A DNA stretch of 64,000 nt from Stegostoma tigrinum (taxonomy: Eukaryota). Under the pieces are notes generated by a model. The model made no database searches. It saw only the letters and a list, made by a program, of their open reading frames with translations, and was not told the DNA's origin. This document shows positions 25,473 to 37,219 of this stretch, piece after piece; the first letter of the stretch is position 1, and each line of letters starts with the position of its first letter. The translations under genes were made by a program, and so were the position numbers. The DNA is taken from NCBI RefSeq assembly GCF_030684315.1, contig NC_081378.1, positions 37,682,252 through 37,746,251 of the forward strand. The letters are read 5' to 3'.

Positions 25473-26072
25473 CTTTTGTGCTCCTGAGATGCTGCTTGGC
25501 CTGCTGTGTTCATCCAGCCTCACATTTTATATTCTTTCTTGATGCTGGATTGGTTGTTCCTCTTGAAACAGCCCCTCCAGATGGTGTACAAACAAAGCGA
25601 AAGATGACGAGCCAGTTTGAAAATTGTGACCACAGCTGATAAAACATGGTTTATGTCACAATGAGAAGTAACGATCATTCCAAATAAATGAACCCAATTA
25701 TCCATGTTACATATACTAAGACAGTGCCTTGTTTGAGGCATCAAATGGCTTTAAAGCACTGAATCTCACCAGCATACCTTCTTTCAACAACATGATGATA
25801 CTTCATAGTGATAACACTGCGAGTGCAAACATTAATATTACAGAGACTGACTTCACAGACGCTCTTATATAAAAACGTTTTCTATTTCATGTTTGTGTCT
25901 GAAATATTTCTTCATGAGGTTTGGCGAATAATTAGGACATCAATACCTGTCCACTTCAATGATTTTATTCAGTTTTCGAAAAGCAAATCAACACAGTTTC
26001 ATTGTCAAGAAGCTAAAGATGACGTTTATATCAAAGTCATTGGTCTTACGGCTCATGGAAACCATCACATAC

Positions 26073-26141
26073 CTGTTGTTGAGGTACTGGTGGAGCCAGG
26101 TGTAGTTGTAGGCGCTGTTGTTGTTCTTGTTGATGTTCTTA
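26073..26141 (-). CDS. MUC19: PTS mini-exon class D
   Basis: 69 nt, AG/GT, phase 1-1. Confidence 0.85.
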
Positions 26142-26378
26142 CTGAAAAAGAAAATGAATAATATTCAATACTTAATCAACATTCACCAGAAACCAATCTG
26201 ACATGAATTATGATGGAAATGGGACAATCAACTGAATTCCGATAGAAATTTTACAATGAATTGTGCCAAGTATCAAGCTGACGGTAGTAGTATGTGTTCT
26301 CAGTGAGGCTGCTGAAATTCAGAAACCGTTCCACTTGCAACAAGGTTGTGAATTGTGTTGAATGCATGTATCACTCAC

Positions 26379-26441
26379 CAGCTTTGGAAATGGCAGTCGT
26401 CTCAGCTGTGGTACCTGTCCCTGTTGTTGTAGCTGATTCTT
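26379..26441 (-). CDS. MUC19: PTS mini-exon class E
   Basis: 63 nt, AG/GT, phase 1-1. Confidence 0.85.
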
Positions 26442-27043
26442 CTGAAGGAAAAAGAACAGAATCATCAAGTAATTTTTGAATGGCCCATGCGGCAGGATTG
26501 AGAGAAGACAATCATTCTGTCATTGAAACGGACACTGGACACAGGTATCATGAAAATTATTACAATGACCTGGCAGCTGATAGGAGCCAAAGGTCACTGC
26601 AGGAAGGTAATTGCTTTTGAGGTGTGATCACTGTTGGAGAATAGGAATTGTGCCCATCAAATTTGTTTAAAGCCAGACAATTCAAATAATCAATCTCAGA
26701 AGTTTTGAGTCAAGTGTCAAGACTGTTTGGCACCCTGAGGGAGCTCACTGCTCATCTTCCAATCAAAGTGAGAGGTATTTTTCAAGCAAGCAGATTGCGC
26801 AGGCAAACATGTAGCGCAATGTATCAGCCAACAGGCCCAGTGTTGTCTTTCTGTATCAAAGGGTTGATGATCTGACTGAGTTGAATGCACAAGGCTGGAC
26901 GGAAATCTTTAGCACAGCATCTTCTTTAGGCAAGAAAATGGGTGATGGACCAGAAGAAACAAAGGAATTTCCCTGTTCAGAGACTTTTTAGGTTCTTGCT
27001 TCAAATTGAATCTTCATGTTTACTGAGAAAGGACTGAACTCAC

Positions 27044-27103
27044 CAGTTGTGGAGCTGGCAGTAGAACTGGCTGTGGTGGTCGTCCCTGATGTTGATGTGG
27101 TTT
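27044..27103 (-). CDS. MUC19: PTS mini-exon class A
   Basis: 60 nt, AG/GT, phase 1-1. Confidence 0.85.
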
Positions 27104-27824
27104 CTATTGAAGAAAAGGAAATGTAATCACAATCTCGACACATAAACTGAATCATGACCAAAGAGAAAGATTCAACAGCACTTAGGAGGGAGTGCACAAA
27201 GGATGAGAGAATGTGTAAAAAAGATCAGAGCCTATCCCACAGATAGCCAATCAAAATGCATCCTACCATATCATAAATTGTGTCAACCATCTGTGTCATT
27301 AACCTGCTCTCCATCACACGAGTGTTCCAGTGGTAGGTCAAGACTTTATTTCTGCTTGCAATAGCATCAAGGGTAGTCGCACACAATTTAATGTGAGTTT
27401 CAAAGTGTCAAGTGTGAGGTGAGGAAACACATTTGAACAGGATGACGTTGTTTGCCACTGGGCGTTGTAAGCTAAATGTGTGACACAACCAATTTGATGC
27501 CAGGCATCAATCTGCATTAGATGTTTCTTTAAACAGAAAAAATGTGTCAGGCTAAGAGGAGTAGAAGGGCAACGGCATCAATATTAAATGTTTGGAGAGA
27601 CTGAATATTTTCAATGGGACGGATGAAAAATGCCTGCACCAGAATCCTTTTGTTATTGTGGAAATATATTGACTTTTTGTGCTCAAAGCTCTCTCCTCTT
27701 GTAGGAATAGAATAAGATGCTGGAAGACCATGGGAACAGCCTTTTACCAAACAGGAGGTGAAGATTCCATCACTTCACTGGTATCTAAGGCTTTGCAATT
27801 CTTACAGACATCATCGGTACTCAC

Positions 27825-27884
27825 CAGTTGTGGAGCCAGTGGTTGAGCCAGGAGTTGTTGCTGAGACTGTTGTGGAGGTTTGTT
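27825..27884 (-). CDS. MUC19: PTS mini-exon class B
   Basis: 60 nt, AG/GT, phase 1-1. Confidence 0.85.
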
Positions 27885-28137
27885 CTGAAATATGAGAGAA
27901 ATTGAAGTTCACAACACTTTGATTCATTTCCAAACTAATATACATCATTTTTTCAGAATGAAATAAGGTAAGTATTCTGGCTGGATATCTTATAGAAATC
28001 AGTAAATATATATGTGAAATACACACTGAAATAGAGATAATTGAAATGTAGCAGTTGTCCAAAATTTGAACGAATGCTGTGGGCAGTGATTCTGTTCAAA
28101 CGACTCTTAATGTTCAACAAACTAAGTCTTCACTCAC

Positions 28138-28200
28138 CAGATGTGGAACTGGAAGTATACGGTGCTGTAGTGGTGGATACTAATGTTGAAGTTGTTTCTT
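28138..28200 (-). CDS. MUC19: PTS mini-exon class F
   Basis: 63 nt, AG/GT, phase 1-1. Confidence 0.85.
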
Positions 28201-29074
28201 CTAAAAGAAAACAAATGAACTTCTAGTCAGTTTATTCCTTTTTAATTTGTGCTGCTTATTCCTCCTCAAGCAGCACCGCCAGACCTCTAGATCGTGCACA
28301 AACACACAAAGTTTACCAGCTGCTTTGACAATTCTTACTGCAGCTAAGTAACCATGGCATATGGCCCAAATTACTCAAATAGTGTATGCCACTTTGAAGT
28401 TAAGAACAGTAGGACAGAACCTTTTTTGAGCAATTGGCTAGCGATGAGGCACTAAAGCTGACCAGCATATCTCCTTTCAAGCGTATGATAACACTTCAAC
28501 AATTAGTTCAATCATTCTGAAAACAGTGACTAACTTTTAGGAAGCCCTATATACAGATTGCTGTTTCATGTTTGTTCCAAAAATAATTCTGAATGCAGTT
28601 TCGTGAATAATTAAGACATCAATCTCTGATCACTTCCATCTCTTGAGTCACTTTTGAAAGAGCAAATGAACACAATTTCATTGTCAAGGATCTCAAGATG
28701 CACATCATTTTGCACAGATAGGAATCAACCTCAAAAATTTTGAGTCAAGGATACAGTCTCACATTCTGATAGATGATACTACCTGTCCTCCAATCAATGT
28801 AAAAGGGAGTTTTCAAGCCAGCAGAGAGTGCAGGCAAATGTTTGTTATGATCTATCAGCCAAGTGGCCCAGTGTTGTCCTTTCCACATCAAAGAGTTGAT
28901 GATCTGACGAAATTGTTTTCATGTGGTTGCATTGAAGACTAAAACACAACAAATTCTGAAGGCAGAATGTGGATCATAGACCAAAATTGACAAAGGAATT
29001 TCCCTACATCCATGTTTTTAATGTTGTTGCTTCACATTGATCTCTCACCTTTAATGAAAATGGAGTCAACTCAC

Positions 29075-29134
29075 CAGTTGTGGAGCTGGCAGTAGAACTG
29101 GCTGTGGTGGTTGTCCCTGATGTTGATGTGCTTT
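29075..29134 (-). CDS. MUC19: PTS mini-exon class A
   Basis: 60 nt, AG/GT, phase 1-1. Confidence 0.85.
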
Positions 29135-29854
29135 CTATTGAAGGAAAGGAAATGTAAACACAATCCATACGCATAACCTGAATCATGATCAATGAGTGCG
29201 ATTCATAAGCATTTAGGAGGGAATGGTCAAATGGAGAGAGAATGCGCAAAAAAGATCAGAAACTAGCACACAGATGGCCAATCCAGAGGAATCCTGCTAT
29301 ATCATAACTTGTACAAAGAATTTGCGTCATTCTCAAACTCTCTGTCACATGGGATTTCCTGTGGTAGGCCAAGACATCGTTTCTGCTTGTAAAATCATCA
29401 AGGGCAGTCAGACACAGATTAATGTGAGTTGCAAAATGTCAAGTGTGAGGTGCAGAAAAATATTTGAACATAATGACAGGTCGCCACTTGGAGTTGTAAC
29501 CTCAATGTGTGGAACAAGCAACTTGATGGCAGTGATCGAATTACAACAGACGTTTCTGTGCATAGAAACAATGTGCGAGGCTAAGTGGAGTAGCAGGGCA
29601 ACGGTCTCAATGTTAAATGTTTGTAGAGGCTGAATAGATTCAGTGGAAAGATTCGCAAATGTCTGCAGAAGAATCGTTCTGTCATTCTATAAAAGTCCAT
29701 GATCTTTTAAGCTCAAAATATTCTACTGTTGCAGAAATAGAATAAGACACTGGAAGACCATGGGAACAGCCTTTTACCGAACAGGAGGTGAAGATTCCAT
29801 CAATTCACTGGTATCTAAGGCCTTGCAATTCTTACAGACATCATCGGTACTCAC

Positions 29855-29914
29855 CAGTTGTGGAGCCAGTGGTTGAGCCAGGAGTTGTTGCTGAGACTGT
29901 TGTGGAGGTTTGTT
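29855..29914 (-). CDS. MUC19: PTS mini-exon class B
   Basis: 60 nt, AG/GT, phase 1-1. Confidence 0.85.
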
Positions 29915-30167
29915 CTGAAATATGAGAGAAATTGAAGTTCGCACCACTATGATTCAATTCCAAACTAATATATATCATATTTTCGGAACGAAATACGGGA
30001 AGCATTCTGGCTGGATACATTATAGCAATCAGTAACTATGTGTGTGAAATACACACTGAAATAGAGATAAGTGAAAGATAGCAGTTGTCCAAAATTTGAA
30101 CGAATGCTGTGGGCAGTGATTCTCTTCCAACGACACTTAATGTTCAACAAACTCAGTCTTCACTCAC

Positions 30168-30230
30168 CAGATGTGGAACTGGAAGTCGATGGTGCTGTAG
30201 TGGTGAATACTAATGTTGAAGTTGTTTCTT
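30168..30230 (-). CDS. MUC19: PTS mini-exon class F
   Basis: 63 nt, AG/GT, phase 1-1. Confidence 0.85.
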
Positions 30231-31214
30231 CTAAAATAAAACAAATGAACTTCGAGTCAGTATATTCCTTTTTGATTTGAGGCTGCTTATTCCACCTCAA
30301 GCAGCACCCTCAGATCGTGCACAAACCAACCGATAAGGACCAACCGGTTTGAAAATTCTTACTGCAGCCGAGAAAGCATGGCACGTGCCCAGAATAAAAT
30401 AGATGGTGGATGCCACGTTCGTGTCAGGAACCGTAAGACAGTCCTTTCTTTCAGTGATTGACTAGCTTTGAGGCACTGAAACTCCCCATCAGAGCTTCTT
30501 TCAAGAATATGATAATTCTTCAACTACGAGTGGAATCATTAAGAACACAGAGACTGACTTCAAGGATACTGATATGCAGATGCCTTTTTTATGTTTGTTC
30601 CTGAAATAATTCTGAATGAGGTTTGATGACGGGGAACTTGCAAAAGGATGAGAGAATGTGGAAAAAAGTTCAGAACCTATCCTACAAATGGCCAATCCAA
30701 AAGCAACCTACCATATCATAAATTGTATCAAGCATCCGTGTCATTAACCTGCTCTCTATCACACAAGTGTTCCAATGGTAGGTCAAGACTGCATTTCTGC
30801 TTGTAATAGCATCAAGGGCAGTCGCACACAAATTAATGTGAGTTGCAAAGTGTCAAGTGTGAGGTGAGGAAACACATTTGAACAGAATGATATAGTTTGC
30901 CACTGGGCATTGTAATCTAACTGTGTGACACAACCAATTTGATGCCAGGCATCAATCTGCATTAGATGTTTCTTTGAATAGAAACAATGTGAGAGGCTCA
31001 GTGGAGTACAGGGGAATGGCATCAATATTAAATGTTTGGTGTGGCTGAATAATCTGTCTGGATACATTATCACAACCGATAAGTCCAAGTGTCAAATACA
31101 CACTGACATAGAGATAACTTAAATTTAGCAGCTGTTCAAAATATGAGCGAATGCTGAGAGAAGAGATTCTCTTGAAAGGATACTTAATGTTCAACAAACT
31201 AAGTCTTCACTCAC

Positions 31215-31277
31215 CAGATGTGGATTTGGAAGCAGACGGTGCTGTAGTGGTGGGTACTAATTTTGAAGTTGTTTCTT
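31215..31277 (-). CDS. MUC19: PTS mini-exon class F, divergent (EETTSKLVPTTTAPSASKSTS)
   Basis: 63 nt, AG/GT, phase 1-1; sole exon of a module lacking A and B. Confidence 0.8.
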
Positions 31278-32128
31278 CTAAAAGAAAACAAATGAACTTC
31301 TCGTCAGTTTAAGTCCTTTTTGATTTGAGGCTCTGTATTCCATGTCAAGCATCATTTCCAGATCGTGCACAAACAAACCGAGAGATGCCCAACTGGTTTG
31401 AAAATTCTTACTGCAGCTGAGAAAGCATGGCACGTGCTCAGTATAAAATAGATGGTGGATGCTACATTCAAGTAAAGAACGGTAAGAAGGTTCTTTCTTT
31501 TAGTGATTGACTAGCTTTGAGGCACTCACCAGCAGACCTTCTTTCAAGAATATGATAATTCTTCAACTACGAGTGGAATCAAAAGAACACAGAGGCTGAC
31601 TTCAAGGATACTGATATGCAGATGCCTGTTTTATGTTTGTTCCTGAAATAATTCTGAATGAGGTTTGGTGAATAATTAAGACATCAACCTCTTCCCGCTT
31701 CTCTCTCTTGAGTCACTTTTGTAAGAGCAAATGATCGCAAATTCGTTGTGGAGGATCTCATTTTTGAACAGTCAGAAGTGTCTCTCAGAAATTTTGAGTC
31801 AAGCATAAAGCCTCACATTCTGATAGACGATACTACTCATTTTCCAATCAATGTGAAATGTATTTTTCAAGCCAGCAGAGTGTGCAGGGAAATGTCCAAT
31901 GCGTTCTATCAGGCAACAGGCAGAGTGTTATCCTTTCCACATCAAAGAGTTGATGATCTGACTAAATTGAAATCACAAGGCTCCATTGAAGACTTTAGCA
32001 CAAGACGTTCTGAAGGCAGGATGTGGATCACATACCAAAACTGACAAAGAAGTTTCCCTACACCAATGTTTTTAATATTGTTGCTTCAAATTGATTTCTC
32101 ACGTTAAATGAAAAAGGACTAAACTCAC

Positions 32129-32188
32129 CAGTTGTGGAGCTGGCAGTAGAACTGGCTGTTGTGGTCGTCCCTGATGGTGATGTGATTT
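32129..32188 (-). CDS. MUC19: PTS mini-exon class A
   Basis: 60 nt, AG/GT, phase 1-1. Confidence 0.85.
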
Positions 32189-32906
32189 CTATTGTAGAAA
32201 AGGAAATGTAAACACAATCCAGACACAAACTGATTCATGACCAATGAAAAAGATTTCACAGCACTTAGGGGAACATGCAAAAGGATGAGAGAATGTGGAA
32301 AAAAGATCAGAACCTATCCTACAAATGGCCAATCCAAAAGCAACCTACCATATCATAAATTGTATCAAGCATCTGTGTCATTAACCTGCTCTCTATCACA
32401 CGAGTGTTCCAATGGTAGGTCAAGACTGCATTTCTGCTTGTAATAGCATCTAGGGCAGTCGCACACAAATTAGTGTGAGTTGCAAAGTGTCAAGTGTGAG
32501 GTGAGGAAACACATTTGGACAGAATGACAGAGTTTGCCACTGGGCATTGTAACCTAACTGTGTGACACAACCAATTTGATGCCAGGCATCAATCTGCATT
32601 AGACGTTTCTTTGATTAGAAACAATGTGCGAGGCTAAGTGGAATAGCAGGGCATTGGCATTAATATTAAATGTTTGGAGAGGCTGAATATTTTCAATGGG
32701 ACGGATGAAAAATGCCTGCACGAGATTCCTTTTGATATTGTGGAAATATATTGACTTTTTGTGCTCAAAGCTCTCTCCTCTTGTAGGAATAGAACAAGAT
32801 GCTGGAAGACCATGGGAACAGCCTTTTACCAAACAGGAGGTGAAGATTCCATCAATTCACTGGAATCTAAGGCCTTGCAATTCTTACAGGCATCATCGGT
32901 ACTCAC

Positions 32907-32966
32907 CAGTTGTGGAGCCAGTGGTTGAGCCAGGAGTTGTTGCTGAGACTGTTGTGGAGGTTTGTT
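32907..32966 (-). CDS. MUC19: PTS mini-exon class B
   Basis: 60 nt, AG/GT, phase 1-1. Confidence 0.85.
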
Positions 32967-33220
32967 CTGAAATATGAGAGAAATTGAAGTTCACAACACT
33001 TTGTTCATTTCCAAAAGATATATGATATGTTTCAGAATGAGAGGAGGCAAGTATTTCTCCCAGATACATGGTGGAAATAAATAAATGTTCATGTCCAAAC
33101 CACCACAGAAAAAGAGAAAAGTGACAAATATAAATTGTCAAACAATTGAACCATAAATGAGCAAAGAAGTGATTCTGTTCAAGGGTCACTTCATGTTTAG
33201 TAACTGAAGGCTTCACTCAC

Positions 33221-33283
33221 CAGTTATGGAACTGGAAGTAGACGGTGCTGTAGTGGCGGATACTGTTGCTGAAGTGGTTTCTT
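33221..33283 (-). CDS. MUC19: PTS mini-exon class C
   Basis: 63 nt, AG/GT, phase 1-1. Confidence 0.85.
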
Positions 33284-33858
33284 CTAAAAGATAAACAAAT
33301 GAACTTCCAGTCAGTATGTTCTTTTTAGATGTTGGCTTGGTTGTTCCTCTTGAAACAGCCCCTCCAGATGGTGTGCAAACAAAGCGAAAGATGACGAGCC
33401 AGTTTGAAAATTGTGACTACAGCTGATAAAACATGGTTTATGTCACAATGAGAAGTAACGATCATTCCAAATAAATGAACCCAATTATCCATGTTACATA
33501 TACTAAGACAGTGCCTTGTTTGAGGCATCAAATGGCTTTAAAGCACTGAATCTCACCAGCATACCTTCTTTCAACAACATGATGATACTTCATAGTGATA
33601 CCACTGCGAGTGGAAACATTAATATTACAGAGACTGACTTCACAGATACCCTTACATAAAAAGTTTTCTATTTCATGTTTGTGTCTGAAATATTTCTTCA
33701 TGAGGTTTGGTGAATAATTAGGACATCAATACCTGTCCACTTCAATGATTTTATTCAGTTTTTGAAAATCAAATCAACACAGTTTCATTGTCAAGAAGCT
33801 AAAGATGACGTTTATATCAAAGTCATTGGTCTTACGGCTCATGGAAACCATCACATAC

Positions 33859-33936
33859 CTGTTGTTGAGGTACTGGTGGAGCCAGGTGTAGTTGTAGGCG
33901 CTGTTGTTGTTCTTGTTGTTGTTGTTGTTGATGTTC
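33859..33936 (-). CDS. MUC19: PTS mini-exon class D*, long variant
   Basis: 78 nt, CAATAG acceptor / GTATGT, phase 1-1. Confidence 0.8.
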
Positions 33937-34176
33937 CTATTGAAAAAGAAAATGAATAATATTCAATACTTAATCAACATTCACTAGAAACCAATCTGAC
34001 ATGAATTATGATGGAAATGGGACAATCAACTGAATTCCGATAGAATTTTTACAATGAATTGTGCCAAGTATCAAGCTGATGGTAGTAGTATGTGTTCTCA
34101 GTGAGGCTGCTGAAATTCAGAAACCGTTCCACTTGCAACAAGGTTGTGAATTGTGTTGAATGCATGTATCACTCAC

Positions 34177-34239
34177 CAGCTGTGGAAATGGCAGTCGTCT
34201 CAGCTGTGGTACCTGTCCCTGTTGTTGTAGCTGATTCTT
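34177..34239 (-). CDS. MUC19: PTS mini-exon class E
   Basis: 63 nt, AG/GT, phase 1-1. Confidence 0.85.
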
Positions 34240-34841
34240 CTGAAGGAAAAAGAACAGAATCATCAAGTAATTTTTGAACGGCCCATGCGGCACGATTGAG
34301 AGAAGACAATCATTCTGTCATTGAAACGGACAGTGGACACAGGTATCATGAAAATTATTACAATGACCTGGCAGCTGATAGGAGCCAAAGGTCACTGCAG
34401 GAAGGTAATTGCTTTTGAGGTGTGATCACTGTTGGAGAATAGGAATTGTGCCCATCAAATTTGTTTAAAGTCAGACAATTCAAATAATCAATCTCAGAAG
34501 TTTTGAGTCAAGTGTCAAGACTGTTTGGCACCCTGAGGGAGCTCACTGCTCATCTTCCAATCAAAGTGAGAGGTATTTTTCAAGCAAGCAGATTGCGCAG
34601 GCAAACGTGTAGTGCAATGTATCAGCCAACAGGCCCAGTGTTGTCTTTCTGTATCAAAGGGTTGATGATCTGACTGAGTTGAATGCACAAGGCTGGACGG
34701 AAATCTTCAGCACAGCATCTTCTTTAGGCAAGACAGTGGTTGATGGACCAGAAGTAACAAAGGAATTTCCCTGTTCAGAGACTTTTTAGGTCTTTGCTTC
34801 AAATTGAATCTTCATGTTTACTGAGAAAGGACTGAACTCAC

Positions 34842-34901
34842 CAGTGGTGGAGCTGGCAGTAGAACTGGCTGTGGTGGTCGTCCCTGATGTTGATGTGGTT
34901 T
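34842..34901 (-). CDS. MUC19: PTS mini-exon class A
   Basis: 60 nt, AG/GT, phase 1-1. Confidence 0.85.
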
Positions 34902-35622
34902 CTATTGAAGAAAAGAAAATGTGATCACAATCTCGACATATAAACTGAATCATGACCAATGAGAAAGATTCAACAGAACTTAGGAGGGAGTGCACAAAGG
35001 ATGAGAGAATGTGTAAAAAAGATCAGAGCCTATCCCACAGATAGCCAATCAAAATGCATCCTACCATATCATAAATTGTGTCAACCATCTGTGTCATTAA
35101 CCTGCTCTCCATCACACGAGTGTTCCAGTGGTAGGTCAAGACTTTATTTCTGCTTGCAATAGCATCAAGGGTAGTCGCACACAATTTAATGTGAGTTTCA
35201 AAGTGTCAAGTGTGAGGTGAGGAAACACATTTGAACAGGATGACGTTGTTTGCCACTGGGCGTTGTAAGCTAAATGTGTGACACAACCAATTTGATGCCA
35301 GGCATCAATCTGCATTAGATGTTTCGTTAAACAGAAACAATGTGCCAAGCTAAGAGGAGTAGGAGGGCAACAGAATCAATATTAAATGTTTGGCGAGTCT
35401 GAATATTTTCAATGGGGCGGATGAAAAATGCCTGCACGAGATTCCTTTTGTTATTGTGGAAATCTATTGACTTTTTGTGCTAAAAGCTCTCTCCTCTTGT
35501 ACATACAGAATATGATGCTGGAAGACCATGGGAACAGCCTTTTACCGAACAGGAGGTGAATATTCCATCACTTCACTGGTATCTAAGGCCTTGCAATTCT
35601 TACAGACATCATCGGTACTCAC

Positions 35623-35682
35623 CAGTTGTGGAGCCAGTGGTTGAGCCAGGAGTTGTTGCTGAGACTGTTGTGGAGGTTTGTT
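35623..35682 (-). CDS. MUC19: PTS mini-exon class B
   Basis: 60 nt, AG/GT, phase 1-1. Confidence 0.85.
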
Positions 35683-35935
35683 CTGAAATATGAGAGAAAT
35701 TGAAATTCACAACACTTTGATTCAGTTCCAAACTAATATATATCATTTTTTCGGAATGAAATAAGGTAAGTACTCTGGCTGGATACCTTATAGAAATCAG
35801 TCAGTATATGTGTGAAATACACACTGAAATAGAGATAATTGAAATATAGCAGTTGTCCAAAATTTGAACGAATGCTGTGGGCAGTGATTCTGTTCAAACG
35901 ATATTCAATGTTCAACAAACTAAGTCTTCACTCAC

Positions 35936-35998
35936 CAGATGTGGAACTGGAAGTAGACGGTGCTGTAGTGGTGAATACTAATGTTGAAGTTGTTTCTT
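35936..35998 (-). CDS. MUC19: PTS mini-exon class F
   Basis: 63 nt, AG/GT, phase 1-1. Confidence 0.85.
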
Positions 35999-36854
35999 CT
36001 AAAAGAAAACAAATGAACTTCGAGTCAGTATATTCCTTTTTGATTTGAGGCTGCTTATTCCACCTCAAGCAGCACCCTCAGGTCATGCAGAAACCAACCG
36101 ATAAAGACCAACCGGTTTGTAAATTCATACTGCAGCTGAGAAAGCATGGCACGTGCCCAGAATAAAACAGATGGTGGATGCCACATTCATGTAAGGAACA
36201 GTAAGACAGTCCTTTCTTTCAGTGATTGACTAGCTTTGAGGCACTGAAACTCCCCATCAGAGCCTCTTAGAAGAATATGCTAATTCTTCATCTACGAGTA
36301 GAATCATTAAGAACACAGAGACTGACTTCAAGGAAATTAATATGCAGATGCCTGTTTCATGTTTTTTCCTGAAATAATTCTGAATGAGGTTTGGTGAATA
36401 ATTAAGACAGCAACCTCTGCCCACTTCTCTCTCTTGAGTCACTTTTGTATGAGCAAATGAACATTAAATCATTATCGAGGATTTCATTTTTGCACAGCCA
36501 AAAATCTCTCTCTGAAATTTTGAGTCAAGCATAAAGCCTCACATTCTGATAGACGATACTACTCATCTTCCAATCAATGTGAAATGTATTTTTCAAGGCA
36601 GCAGAGTGTGCAGGGAAATGTCCAATGCGTTCTATCAGGCAACAGACAGAGTGTTGTCCTTTCCACATCAAAGAGTTGATGATCTGACTAAATTGAAATC
36701 ACGAGGCTCCATTGAAGACTTAAGCACAAGACGTTCTGAAGGCAGGATGTGGATCACATACCAAAACTGACAAAGAAGTTTCCCTACACCAATGTTTTTA
36801 ATGTTGTTGCTTCAAATTTATTTTGTAAGTTTAATGAAAAAGGACTAAACTCAC

Positions 36855-36914
36855 CAGTTGTGGAGCTGGCAGTGGAACTGGCTGTTGTGGTCGTCCCTGA
36901 TGTTGATGTGGTTT
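36855..36914 (-). CDS. MUC19: PTS mini-exon class A
   Basis: 60 nt, AG/GT, phase 1-1. Confidence 0.85.
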
Positions 36915-37219
36915 CTATTGTAGAAAAGGAAATGTAATCACAATCTAGACACAAACTGATTCATGACCAATGAGAAAGATTTAACAGCACCTAGGAGCAC
37001 ATGCAAAAGGATGAGAGAATGTGGAAAAAAGATCAGAAACTATCCTACAAATGGCCAATCAAAAAGCAACCTACCATATCATAAATTGTATCAAGCATCT
37101 GTGTCATTAACCTGCTCTCTATCACACAAGTGTTCCAATGGTAGGTCAAGACTGCATTTCTGCTTGTAATAGCATCTAGGGCAGTCGCACACAAATTAAT
37201 GTGAGTTGCAAAATGTCAA

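Larger units (their letters stand above)
25218..25530. mobile_element. Short Penelope-like element insertion: two inverted pLTR copies, each with a minimal hammerhead core
   Basis: Absent from sister modules. Flanked by the direct repeat TATATTCTTTCTTGA (25203-25217, 25528-25542). 114-bp inverted arms at 25255-25368 and 25417-25530 with one mismatch. CTGATGA...GAAACGTC in each arm. Confidence 0.85.

Noticed and set aside
25262-25639. 125-aa plus-strand ORF mirrored by a minus-strand ORF
   Set aside because: Artefact of the inverted pLTR arms; no coding signature.
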